The notes under the pieces were generated by a model. That model saw nothing but the letters and a program-made list of their open reading frames with translations, was not told the origin of the DNA and did no database searches. The position numbers and the translations under genes were made by a program. This document shows, one piece after another, positions 1 through 12,100 of a DNA stretch of 64,000 nucleotides; within the stretch, counting starts at the first letter, position 1, and each line of letters begins with the position of its first letter. This DNA comes from Mizuhopecten yessoensis (Eukaryota): assembly GCF_002113885.1 (NCBI RefSeq), contig NW_018406276.1, positions 128,572 to 192,571 on the forward strand, in the 5' to 3' direction.

Positions 1-41
1 AGTATATACCATCATTCTGGACCACAAAACGGTGCTGGACA

Positions 42-217
42 CACAGGGACCTGATAAATTGTTACAGCTATATTTGGACCTAAACTGAGGTGTTCAGAGT
101 AATTTTACACGTTTTAGAGATTTGGGTCGACTTTTGGTATAATTGATTTTATAAAATTACTCTGAACACCTTAGTTTAGGTACAAATATAGCTGTAACAA
201 ATGTTCAGGTCCCTGTG
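42..217. mobile_element. 176-bp MITE with ~66-bp TIRs and 8-bp TSD (P/hAT-type)
   Basis: Ends are CACAGGGACCTGA...TCAGGTCCCTGTG and the arms match over ~66 bp with a few mismatches. Identical GCTGGACA at 34-41 and 218-225. Confidence 0.85.
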
Positions 218-1339
218 GCTGGACACGCTATCATGTGTATATACTAAATAATTCCATTACATAGATGTACACATTGTCGAATATTAATTTAATTGTGTCC
301 AGTACATGTGTAAGGACAATCTGAAGTATTTACTCAGTTTTCACGAGAATACTACGGAATTATATGAAAAGTACATCCGTAATAATGCTCACTACACGGA
401 TACACGTGTTTATTATTTGTAATATTTCAAGGCTACGCGTAAAAATATTATTCTGTGATGAATTGTCACATGTTGAAAAAAACAAACTAATGGCATAGTT
501 TACGTGTTATATCATTACGTCGTTCCAAACAGTTTACATCAGAGATTAAAAAACAACTTATCCCGAAATATTTCTACACCGGGCGAATATCTTATTAATT
601 ATAATAATATTTAGTGTAAACTTTATTTTATTTACGGTATAATATTCCAGATATACAAACATGATATACATAAAGGATTCGAAAACAAGTACAAAGTACT
701 TATGTTAATCCATCTCCTTTTTTGTGTGAAACGGCGATTGGACGGCTCTGACTTATATTATACATATACATATACATATATATAGATAAGATATCCTACG
801 GACATACCTCCATTAGGATCCAGTGTTATATGGGATTTTACCGTCTATATTACTTCTTTGACCCATAGATAAGATATAGTATATATATATACAGATAAGA
901 TAGGTTGGATATTATTATATGGAAGAGAAAAGGATTTGATTTAAACATATTTCATTTACATCAAAATATACATTGGGATTGGGCACAAATTTTCTGACTT
1001 ATATAAAGCCCTTTCCCAATAGAATTTAACAATAACAGGTTACAAGATGACATATATACACATCATATTTACAAAATAAACGAGAGAGAGAGAGAGACTT
1101 TGATTAAGTATTTTTTTTTTAAATGAGGACAATCTTTTTCGACACCGACGGCAGAAGTTTACACTATACACTTTTCAAAATCTTTCATCTTGAACTATTG
1201 TCCATCACATCCCGTGCCTTGGTTTGCTTCCTCCTTGTCGTTCCATTCGTTCTTGAATATCCGTTTCTCTTCTGCCGTCAGCATCAAACAAGATTGAACA
1301 ATCTGATTTTCATTATTACTATTCGTTTATCTATTTAAA

Positions 1340-2215
1340 TAATAAAGAGATATCAAAATATATTAGAGTCTGAAATATATTGCTGGGTGCTTTGTCATTT
1401 TAATGTTGTCTTCTAAAGATAAATTATTACTACAATGTAATAGTAACTGCAGGTCTAGCGGGATGAAATCATTCAATTCACGGTACAATTTTATTCTTTG
1501 GTCCGCAGAATTATTACAAACAAAGAAGAAGTGGTATGAATCTTCAATGGGATGACCGCACTGACAGTGACGGTAGACAATTAAATTAGATTGGAATAGA
1601 GCATCATGTAAAGCATTAGATCTATTTCTCAGTCTGGCTTGCAATACATTGGATTTCCGATTTCCGATCAAGAAATAATTTGGAACTTTTGTCATGGTTC
1701 GAAGAGATTTTATTAAAGACTGGATACGAAACACTATTTCTAATTTCAAGATCTAGTTGGTTCCAAAGTCGAGTCGTAGATGGGAAAAATGATAAGTTGG
1801 TTAGTTGTAGTCGGAAATTTGGTATGGAGTAATTATTTGCGTCACGGAGGTGATAATGTGAGTTTTCTGAGAATAAAGAGGGCAGTAAAGAAGTTAGATA
1901 ACCGGGCGTGAGTTTGTTACTAATTTTGAAGAATAGCTGTAGTTTTCTCCTAGAACGTCAATTTGATAGTGGTTCTAACCCACTTTCAGAATATAAAGAA
2001 ATTCTACTAGCATAAGAAGGTAATCCAGTGATTATTCGAGCAGACTCTAACTGAAGTTTTTCCAATTTGTCTGCGTCACCGAGAGCGTACCCGTCAGCAA
2101 CTATTATACAATATTCTAAGAAGGGAAGAATGTACGATTTATAGATTTTGAAAAAAGTTTGTCTATTAAACATATATTTAAGTTTACGAAGGATACTTAC
2201 CTGCTTGGATAAAAA
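1340..2215 (-). mobile_element. Degraded L2/CR1-type LINE ORF2 C-terminal fragment
   Basis: Frameshifted pieces 'LRKLKY..IYKSYILPFLEYC..KLEKLQLESARIITG' and 'ARLRNRSNAL..CQCGHPIEDSYHFFFVC' are typical post-RT regions of L2/CR1 ORF2. A LINE-like 3' tail lies near 934-1020. Confidence 0.8.
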
Positions 2216-2762
2216 GAGGACGGGGAGGAAGGAGGGAAAGAGGTGCAAAAGGGTTTAAAGAAAAGGTTGTTGGGGTAGGGTATATAGCGGAGTAAATTGA
2301 CTGCATTATGGGAGGGAAACTGGCTTAAGTATATATTTTGTAAATGGACACATACCGATGAATGTACATGTCAATGCCAACATATAATAAATTAATTGTA
2401 TATCATGACAACTTTCCATGCCGACCCCTGAGTATTCCGACATCCAGTGGCGTACAACAACCAGCTGTAATTTTAAATATTAAACTAACATCAATCAAGA
2501 CTATGACAATTTGTATATATATATCCATACTGACGTGTCGTGACATACAGGGGCCGTACCAGTAAAGTATCACTATGTACCACATGTAAACATACGTAAA
2601 ATCAAAATTTGGATTTTCAAACTTAAAATCGTTTCGACTGGTTGATGAAATATTGAACACAGTCGAAGATATTCTCATTATATTTAACTGGCCTATCAGG
2701 ATTTCCGTACAGTAGAAGGTTTACGTTATAGTCGTGAGGAAGGCTTCTGAAGCATTGTACTC

Positions 2763-3045
2763 TTAAAATTGTTGGTATTTCGGACAGAAGAGGAGGAAGT
2801 GTTCGGTAGTTTCAGCAGACTGATTACAGGTACACATGGGACTATCAACTAGGTTTCGTATACATAAATGACTAAAGAGAGAGCTACAGCTCATCCTTAA
2901 TCGTGCATGACGGATTTTGCCGAATCTACTACTGCAGTAGTAATAATAAGGTGGAACAAGCTGGCTTTCAGCATTCATAAAATATTTGAGGTAAGTAATC
3001 GACGGGTTAGGCTTTATATTATCGGGAAGTGCATTCCGTAGGTCA
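2763..3045 (-). mobile_element. Second L2/CR1-type LINE 3' fragment
   Basis: 'HARLRMSCSSL..SPMCTCNQSAETTEHFLLFCPKY' C-terminal Cys/His motif of LINE ORF2. Confidence 0.75.
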
Positions 3046-3504
3046 ATAGAGGAGCTTGGTTCTACAGATGATATGACAGTAATTATTTGAGTTTCTAGTA
3101 TTTCCCTCTTTTCCTGTTTACCTCTTCGTCGACACCGCTGTTAGCTTGAAGTAGCTAATTTAGGCGCATCTTGGAGTCAGGTTTCGACGACAGATAGCTG
3201 ACCATAAACAGGCGACCGATAAGAATGTTAGAGCCTGCGATTATGGTTAGTTTTAGCGGACTAATATTGCACATGGCCGGTCTACCTTCCGCTAGCTGAG
3301 ATAAAGACGCCTAAGTGTTTGTGGCAGGGAACTTCTGTTGAAGGGTATTATTCATAAGTAAGGAGGGATGAATTGGCTTATTATTTGTCTTACTTACAAT
3401 CATTGTCACTGTTTTGTTAGGGTTAAAGTTAACAAGCCACTTTTTAGACCAATCACTGATTTTTTTTAAGAATACTTATATACCGCTGTATCACAATCTA
3501 GTCG

Positions 3505-3803
3505 TAGGTCGTCTCAAAGCGGTCCACAAATTATTATCCGTGGATATATGGCCTTTGCAACCAGTCAATATCTGTTTCAACTCCCTAGGAAGCATACAGC
3601 CGGTGCTGCCATTTTGGCGCTCACAGCCAGCATTCAACAATTCTAGCACTGCCCAAACACGTACTCATTTTACAGATGAGTAAACTGGAACAAGCGGAGT
3701 AAAGGATCTTGCTCAAAAATACAACACAGTGCCGTGCCGTGACTCGAACCCGCAACCCTTCGGTCACTAGCCCGTCGCCCTACCACTAGACTACCGTGTC
3801 TCC
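3505..3803 (-). mobile_element. tRNA-derived CORE-type SINE
   Basis: Minus strand has A box (TAGTCTAGTGG) and B box (GGTTCGAGTC), followed by a CORE-like GAGCAAGATCCTTTACTCC..CTCATCTGTAAAATGAGTAC. Confidence 0.75.
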
Positions 3804-4363
3804 ATATCAATAAGCGTGACATGCGAACTGTGCTTTCTTCGAATTCTCACCAGTGCAGATTGAAGCCGTTGAGAAAAGATCCAAAATCTGTGTAAATTGA
3901 TTCAATGTTTTCCTTTACGTACTAGATCTGATGTTTTTTTAGGAATGATGGTATGTTTATCGTTAAGCAAGATAGAGCGTAAGAAAATCGCTGAGAAAAA
4001 GTCCTATAATTGCCACGGTACCTCCATGTTATGATAAATTATGGAACTTTAAGGTATCCATTGAAAAAAGATCTTAAATCATTTGAAAATATCTTCTAAT
4101 GAATTGGAACATATCTTAATAAAATTCAACCTTTTTTTCAAATTTAAGACCAATTGAATTAAAGATATCTACAATTGAAAAAAGTGTGCTTTATGAATAT
4201 ATATTAACGGTTTCCATGGTGCCCATTAAATAGACACCTAACCGTATAGACCAAAACCAAATAAAACCAGACTATATGGCGCAACATCAACGTAGTTTAA
4301 GCATTTTTCCTTTTTTCTGTCAGTTTTTCAATGATGATTATCTGTATTATAACAGAAAATAGT

Positions 4364-4860
4364 CCCTGCAGGTAGGGCGTAAGAATTGTACCTGCTGCTC
4401 CAATTGCATCATCATAAGAGGCGACTAATTTTGGGATCTTATCTTTTCTCTTCTTTCTAAGCAACTTTCCCTCTTCTTAATAACTCCCTTGACAATGCCT
4501 CACTTTTGGCCTTTCGTTGAGCGTTTGCCCCTGTGAGGAAGGCTTTGGGTTCTGTCCCCTGGCCGAGACATACCAGAGTCTGTAAAAATGTTAGTTTCTA
4601 CTCCTGCTTAACGCTCAGCAATTTAGGAGTGGGACGACTGGTTCGCCCGGTGTCCGTTTAATGTGAACGGGTGGGGTGTCCTGCTGGGTGTCTTCGGCAG
4701 TATGTTTCAGTGAGGTAGCACTATAAAGTCGGCATCAGTTCCGCGCTATCACAAGGAGACAAACACGAACATATCGCAGCCTGCCAAAACACACGCGCAT
4801 ACACTAAACGCATGCCTATTGCACACATGGGGGGGAGGGGGGGGTCCTTAAATGACCTAT
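4364..4860 (+). mobile_element. Bivalve SINE-like interspersed repeat (Meta-type)
   Basis: GC-richer block CCCTGCAGGTAGGGCGTAAG...GGGACGACTGGTTCGCCC...CAGTGAGGTAGCACTATAAA. It resembles a repeat I recall from bivalve genomes; not searched. Confidence 0.55.
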
Positions 4861-5039
4861 TTGGGAATTTGTTTTGTTTAAATTTTCTTTGAAATCAAAA
4901 TTAAAATCCAATTAGATACATACATATATGTTTACATTTCAAATTACATAAAGATAACGTTCATCAATAAAAAAAAGGAAGAGAGTTACAATAATGTGTC
5001 AATCTCACTCACCATTCTTTCTAGATTAATTGACATATT

Positions 5040-5490
5040 GATCATCATATTTACCACTCGTAGTCTTCTAGTAGTATATTCACACGATCTCCTAATAAGA
5101 AACTGCATTGGGTTTCATCCTCTATATTTGTAAATGAACTATAGGAGGGAACTTCTAAAGCATTCACCACACCATCCATCATTAAGTCACGCGTTTCGAA
5201 CAATTTCGGACACTCAAGCAGAAAATGAAAAACAATATCAGCAGTAGATTTACCACAAAGTTTACATAATACAATATCGCGTTGAAATATAAATGAATAT
5301 TTCATTAGCTCTATTAACTGCCACATGCATTTATGCGATTTTTGCTTGGTGCTCAGTTATAATATGGGATATAACATTCACGCGTCCACTAATTTATAGA
5401 ACGTATCTTAAAATCTGCATTTGGTTGGATATTGTGTTTAAAGAAATAGCGCAAACTAGCAATAGTCATCATTGAAGTTTCGGTAAGACA
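5040..5490 (-). mobile_element. Old non-LTR retrotransposon C-terminal remnant
   Basis: 'CKLCGKSTADIVFHFLLECPKLFETRD' is a CxxC..H..C zinc motif typical of LINE ORF2 ends. Confidence 0.55.
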
Positions 5491-6994
5491 CGTCTACCTC
5501 AATCTGTATGTGCCGAAGATCTGCGCCTGTCGTTTTCTTTCCATGTTGAACCGTTTCAACTGATTGAACCGGATACGCGAAGGGGTCATAGTATCAACGT
5601 ATAGTGAAAATATGTCGTGAATGTACAATGATTTGGGTGCAGTTGAACATGTTGTAGGGTTCGTTATAGTCGGGTTAGTCCGAAATAAATCCACATCAAG
5701 AACCATTGGAGTTATATGTTGATTAAGCGATACACTTACAAGTAGGAGTTATACTGGTAAAACACTCGTCTCGTGCAGTTTTAGTGAACACTTAAATTAA
5801 GTGATGAAAAAAATGGATGATGAAATATTCAACAACATCAATTTACTATTATTTAAATATTGCATTACCATAATACCATGATTGTGTAGTAATGTGCTTT
5901 CGATCCACCACAACTACTGGGTGATTAGATGAGCAATTTCTAAAAGCTTTTCGGGAAAAGTATTTAGTAATATCACTGACTTGGATCTAATGTAATATGA
6001 CAAATTACCCAGTACAATTTAGAAACAGGTTTGTTTGTTTTCAAAATTGTGGATTCTGGCATTTTCGCTGTTCGTTCTAAACGAGAACGAATTCTAAGGA
6101 ATTGAGTGTTTACACATTCGATAATGTCATTTTAACATAGCATTTTTTTTAAAGTTTCAAAAAATCGACATAGGCCAATCGCCGCTCGAATATCTAAATC
6201 AGCCAAAGTCAATGTTATGGTGAGCGGGGTAACAAGAATGGAACACATTTTTAAGAAAAATATTAATATTTTCTATAACGTTTCTGAAAGACCAAATGTG
6301 ACTGTAATGAAACAAAACATGCCTTAAACCTTCATTTTATGTATTTCTTGGGTATCAACAAGTGCGTGTGTCTAATATTTTAAGCTGAGTACCCAAAATG
6401 GAACACTTCATCATATAAGTCAGCTTATGAAAATAGCCGACGGCATTTAAAATAATCGTCTTCATTTCTAGAATTTTAGTAATTTATTCCCATATAGTTT
6501 TCCATGTTTACAAATATGATAGGATATTTATGTTGTCGCACCGTACCGTTTCCCGGGATATTTTTTCATTTTGGGTAACGTTCCATTTTGTATACCTTCA
6601 TCCTATAGCTTGAAATAATTATTTTCGCGAATGATTCGAAGCAGTTTTTGCTATGCATGCAAGTTATAGATAGGCAACATTTAATCCAATTCATTAAAAA
6701 AAAAGAGTTTCCCCTCTTAAATAAGCACTTTAAAAGACACAACTTGAAAGGCTGAAATTCACCTCAAGGGCAATAACTCCCATTAGGGTTAAGAAAAATA
6801 ACAAAAAAAATGAAAATATTAATAATATCACGGAATTAGATCTAAGTTCGTGATAATATGTACCAGAGACGTATATACTATTATTCTATGGCTTTATATG
6901 TCTCTACATGTACTTAAAATTGAGTCCCATATACATTTAACTATATGCAAATATTATGAATAAACAGCTAGTTCAGGCAAAAATAAGCGATAAG

Positions 6995-7450
6995 GTAGGC
7001 CTAACCGGAAATAGGAAATTGGAATCTAACGGGCCTTGCATGAAACTTGAAACCCACGAGTTTGTGCTGCCAGACGCCAGTGCGTGTTGTTTTGCTGCAA
7101 ATAATCAAAATTTAATGTCGACAAAGAGATGCTTTGCATGCTTTCAATGGCAAGGTACAGACGTTAGTGTGTGGGTAAGGCTAACGTCAGTTTACTGAAC
7201 ATTTATCTTATTTTAAAGGAAGAAAAGCGGCGGGATTTGCACTTTTTTTTAAAATGAAAGCTTGGCGTGAATCTTGCTCGGCTATTTAGATTATCTAATA
7301 ATTCGTTCAGAAATACCTAACATATTAATTGCGGAAAGTGTAACGTGTATATTTGATTATTTTTTTCAATGATTTCATCAAATAAGTATGATAAATCTAG
7401 TAAGGGCATCATTTTCAGTGCTGGGCGTAATGGCGGCCATTTTGCTCAAT
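6995..7450 (+). promoter_or_regulatory. Candidate promoter / non-coding first exon of the PRDM4-like gene
   Basis: Locally CpG-rich. ETS-type ACCGGAAAT at 7004-7012, YY1-type ATGGCGGCCATTTTG at 7430-7444, donor-like GT at 7155 and 7175. Confidence 0.35.
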
Positions 7451-9146
7451 GTTTTGGATAAACAAATTGCAAATGGCCCATCTCAACACTGTGAAGTTAC
7501 AAGATGTCAATATTTGACCTAAGTATCAAGTTATAATTTGATTACACTGGACAATATTTTTTAAAGTTTGAACCCAGAGAAATTAAATAGATACTCATCT
7601 TGGTTTTCAAGGCATATTTTGGTAATCATCTGATCATCGTTTTTGGAAAAAGCCCTTGGGAGACTCGGAGGGATATGTCGCATGCTATGTGTATAGAAGA
7701 TATATAATTTTACAAGTAGGCGTCTTTTTATGTTTATAGTACTATTTAAATGCTGTGATGCCGGGACGCTTTTATAAAATATATGTAACAGGAGAAAGAA
7801 ATGCAACAGCCAGATCAAGTTTCAAACTCTAGACGGGGGCTCTTACCAATATTGAGCTACCTGGGTCACTGACATTCCATCCAGCCAAGTTCCGCTACAA
7901 ATATATCTTCTGTAATAAGTATTGTGAACAACTTGGAACAATTAACCTGTACTTATATATTAAAGGCCTTCTGATCAGTGACAATCTAAAATTCTCATCT
8001 CCCATAATGATAGCTAGGCAAGATTTGTGTTGGATTTCTAAGAAAATTATTGCCTAGCTATATCAAAGAAATTGCCTGCTTTACTTCTGTGTATTCAGTT
8101 TTGCAGTCAAGTGATTTAATTAAAGTGTTGCCCATGGAATGAAATCCTTGCAGATGAGGAGAATACTGATGACAGTGATGTAAAATTATCGACATTCTAT
8201 TAGCCATCCCCAAGATCAATATATGAAACCGCAAACTAGCGAAGTGGGGATGAAACATGCCAAAACATCCTTAGTTATTAATGCAACAGCTGTTATTAAA
8301 AATAGATTTCCCCCCAAGGGCAGTTGATGAGAGAAATAAAAAACATACCTGAATATACGTACACTACTAATTGTTTGTAAATAAGGACCGACAATATGCT
8401 TGTGCCTGCTAATCCCCTGAGCACTGATGTGCAAAATTGAATAAAAGCTCATTAACTTGTAGATATACATTGCCATAGCATGTGATGTCCTTGTGAGGGA
8501 AGGATTTTCAAACCTTCCCTTCCTCTTTTTTGAAATGTTTGTATAAGTTGACGCTGAAGATGTATATGCAACAATAAATATAGTATATTTTCTAAATATT
8601 ATTGAAACCATCCAAGGACAAGTTTGAAGAGAGCAGATCAAGATTTGTGCTTGAAAATTGAAGTCTTCTTTAAGAGCTTGTGTATTAATAATAATTATTC
8701 ATTTGCAAGAAGTACTAGTACTGTCAGTTGCACTATTTTGATGGTAAAGGTAGATATTCTTCTATTGGCCAAAATGACAACTTAGTTAGGTGACATCAAA
8801 TTTCATAATGGCGACAATATACTGTCTCTTTTTAGCTAAAAAATAGTTTTTATGTACTTTCTAAATAGGATTAAGAAATCTAAATAGGATTAAGAATAGT
8901 CTTCAATTAAGATGACATGGGTATGATGTATATCTTACATACATATAAGTGGCAGGGAGAATGCCCTGTAAAACCGCCTTGTCTGAATTGAGTTGCAGAC
9001 GTTGCACGTAACTTGAAATGTCAGAAAACTTCCCCTATTTGCTTTATTCACATTTATTTTTGCAGCTTCCTCCAATGAAGCCAATGAAATTCTTCGATGT
9101 TGAAGTGTAGGTGTCTACTTGTGTGGGATCATCAGTCATCTTAGTC

Positions 9147-9189
9147 ATGACTTCACCAAATTCTGAGCCTAACCCATTGGACATGTCAG
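9147..9189 (+). CDS. PRDM4: PRDM4 coding exon 1 (MTSPNSEPNPLDMS)
   Basis: Acceptor ttttgcag ends at 9066, ATG at 9147, donor GT at 9190. Phase 1 matches the next exon. Confidence 0.65.
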
Positions 9190-12100
9190 GTTAATATATT
9201 TATGCACAATCATAGAAATACACAGATAAACCACCCATTGGAATCTGTCTTTGAGAGTGTGAGGGGTAGTGATGGGCAATCAGTTTAAAATCATAATTGA
9301 TAATCGGTTTGTGATTGTTAGTAGTAAACCGATAGAAGATCGATTGCATAATGGGTTCATAATGTTTTTGGAGGCATCACCTCATTTTGTCTTTGTCACA
9401 TCTAAATACAATATTTCGGTACATTAGGTCCAGTTTACAAAGACAAGTGTAAGCAACTGTGATTTTAAGTCATTACATATTAGATTTATAGAAATCCATT
9501 GTGAAATATAAATATCATTTCACTTTAAACAAGATTTGTGGTGTACATGTATGTACACACAGACAAGGGTAACAATTTGTGTTGAGCATGTCATGGTGTT
9601 GACATTAAGATGCTAATTACATTTTATGTCGTCACTTTAACTGGAAATCGTTGTGATGATGCTTTGATCCTTAAACTAGATGTAGTTCCCAAACCTGCAA
9701 TAAAATAGGTAGAATATTGGGCATAAGCTGATCCTCTTACCATAAACAATTGGTTATCTACAAAACATATTGTGCCTTGGTCAATGCCTTTGTGGATTTC
9801 TTCTTTCTCTCAAATGTGTGTAGTTATCTGCTTATAATTACGTATTAAATAATAATGTAACATGTCTATTTCAGCCTTAGGAGGCCAGATTTCTGCGTCC
9901 CTGACGCTCCCACAGGGAATGGGACTCCAGAGCATGCCAATAATGTTGTCGCTCAGTCTTCCTGAAAAGGACAAGGGAGATGCCAAGATGGGTAATTAAA
10001 TCACAAACACATTATATATATGTAATCAATTCTATTTGCGTTGATTATTTTGTTTAGACCAAAGTTGTTTCTGTTTTTTTTGTGCCTTCCTAAACTTTTT
10101 TGGCAATTTTCACCGTTAAAGCCAAGATTATTCTTCTATATAATTTGAACCTGATAAAAAAATACTGAAAACAAAACTCATTATCTACCTTACTACCCTT
10201 ATTTGCGCCTTGATACTTAATTGGTTATGCTCATTTATGCTCTCTGCACCCCTAGATTATGTTATAGCAAAATTGAAGGCATGCAGCTAGCTGTTTGATT
10301 GGTTTCATTTTAAAAAGCCTAACCAATCACTAGGCTGATACCTGTCCTTGAAGATTACATAGTCTAGGAGTGACACCTGGTTTCAAAGCCAGTCGATTTT
10401 ACCATTACACTACTGCCAGATTCTTTTGATGTGCGTCGAAGGATCAAACTAGTCTTGTCTCCATCAATTTTGTCATGACATATTCCAGGGTTGGAGAGAG
10501 TGTAAGCGAGCGTAATCCCATTAGTGTGGAGGACACCCTAATTCCTTCAGATTATTATTCAAATGTGTTGTGGTTTTTTTTGCCTTATATTTATGAAGAG
10601 AGCAAAATAAATCCTGGGCCCGAGATATTCTTGGGCCTGTAGATATTTAGTATGTAAGCTAGTGAAAACTTCTGTGTGTTTGCTCCATGTGTAAAGGATC
10701 TATTTAATAATCATTTTATTATCATTTAATTGTTTGGTTTCTTCTCAAATAAACAACTGAGAGGCAAAATAGCTTTGTTACTCTAAAAAAACCCTCTACA
10801 TATTATATAAAGGCTACTTCATAGCCCTATAACTATGTTGGCATTATTGACCCTTTCACCCCTATGTAATTTTAATAAACTTGACCATGTATTGATCTGG
10901 ATAAGTCCATTATGGTCTATAGTGGTGAAAGGGCTGGATTATTGCTGAGTGGTGTCTTTAAAAGTAACACTAGAATACATTTTTAGCTTTTTCACCCCAA
11001 ATAAAACGATTATATTGTAAAAAAAATGAGAACTTGTTCTACTGCATATTCAGATATTCACATTATGCTGCAAAAGTGTTGAGGAATTCTTGCTGTTATG
11101 TCCTTAATAGCAAATTTTCACATTTTACTTCAAACAATTATATATTGGCTTTAATATGTCGATATATGATTTATTTATGAACAAGTGGAATATCATTGTA
11201 TACATATTGATCTTCATGGCTTTGTTCCTTTTGCTGAGCAGAGAACCTCAAATTAAATATGACAATGAACAACACATAAAAAAATAAAATACAACTGTCA
11301 GATCTTAGCTTTAATTCTATGTGAAATTAATTTTATTTCGCACCAAGTAAGAAAAATGCACATCAGACAGCTGTACGCTGTTTTCCGCTATCATTGCCAC
11401 AGTTGTTTCTGTAACATGCATGGAAATATAGTGTGTTGTATTGCATTATTGTAATGCTATGTTTCAGGTGTCTTGCCCCCAGTTCTTCAGTTGATCCAAC
11501 AGAGTGGGTTGCAAACCCTGTCGCAGATCTTCCCACAAGCAGCACCACCCCTGACTAACTCCTCCCAGGCCACACCCATTTTGGACTACACTACGGTCAG
11601 TCCAGCTCATCCTGAAACTGGAAATAGCTTGTCAGATACAACACAGAAACCATCAGCCAGGCCTTCATTTGATTTGTCATCCTTCCTAAAACTGCAAAAT
11701 TCAAATGAATTGGTATCAATTCAGAATCGGTTATCCCTTGCCAACACCTGCTTCAATAGTCTTGCTAATATAGTACAGGCGTCTACAGATTCTCCAGTGT
11801 TATCTCAAGCACAGACTCTGACTAGTTCCTCTGAACAGGAGAATGATAACAGACAGTCTGATATTATTGACCCATCGTCTACACTCTCATCCTCACAAGC
11901 TCCTGCAGTCCTCCAAAACTTGTCTGTACAGGATGCAATAGTTCAACTTGGTAGCGGTGAGTTCACCAGATCAGATCTTATAAGCCCACATCTGGAATCC
12001 CTGGTGTCTAATGCTACATTCATCCAACAGTGTGCCAATCAGGACCTAGCCAGTGGTCAGTATGTGACAAATCAGACCTCCCAACTGTCCACCCACCAGT

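Noticed and set aside
42-217. Transib/RAG RSS-like ends (CACAG..)
   Set aside because: The TSD is 8 bp rather than 5, and there is no heptamer-spacer-nonamer.
3730-3803. tRNA gene
   Set aside because: A and B boxes are present but followed by a CORE domain, so this is a SINE head. The same applies at 16265 and to the fragments near 7830 and 18100.
6956-7198. 80-aa ORF as the first coding exon of PRDM4
   Set aside because: No homology clues, and the sequence upstream of ATG 9147 in the next exon contains stop codons; more likely promoter or 5' UTR.
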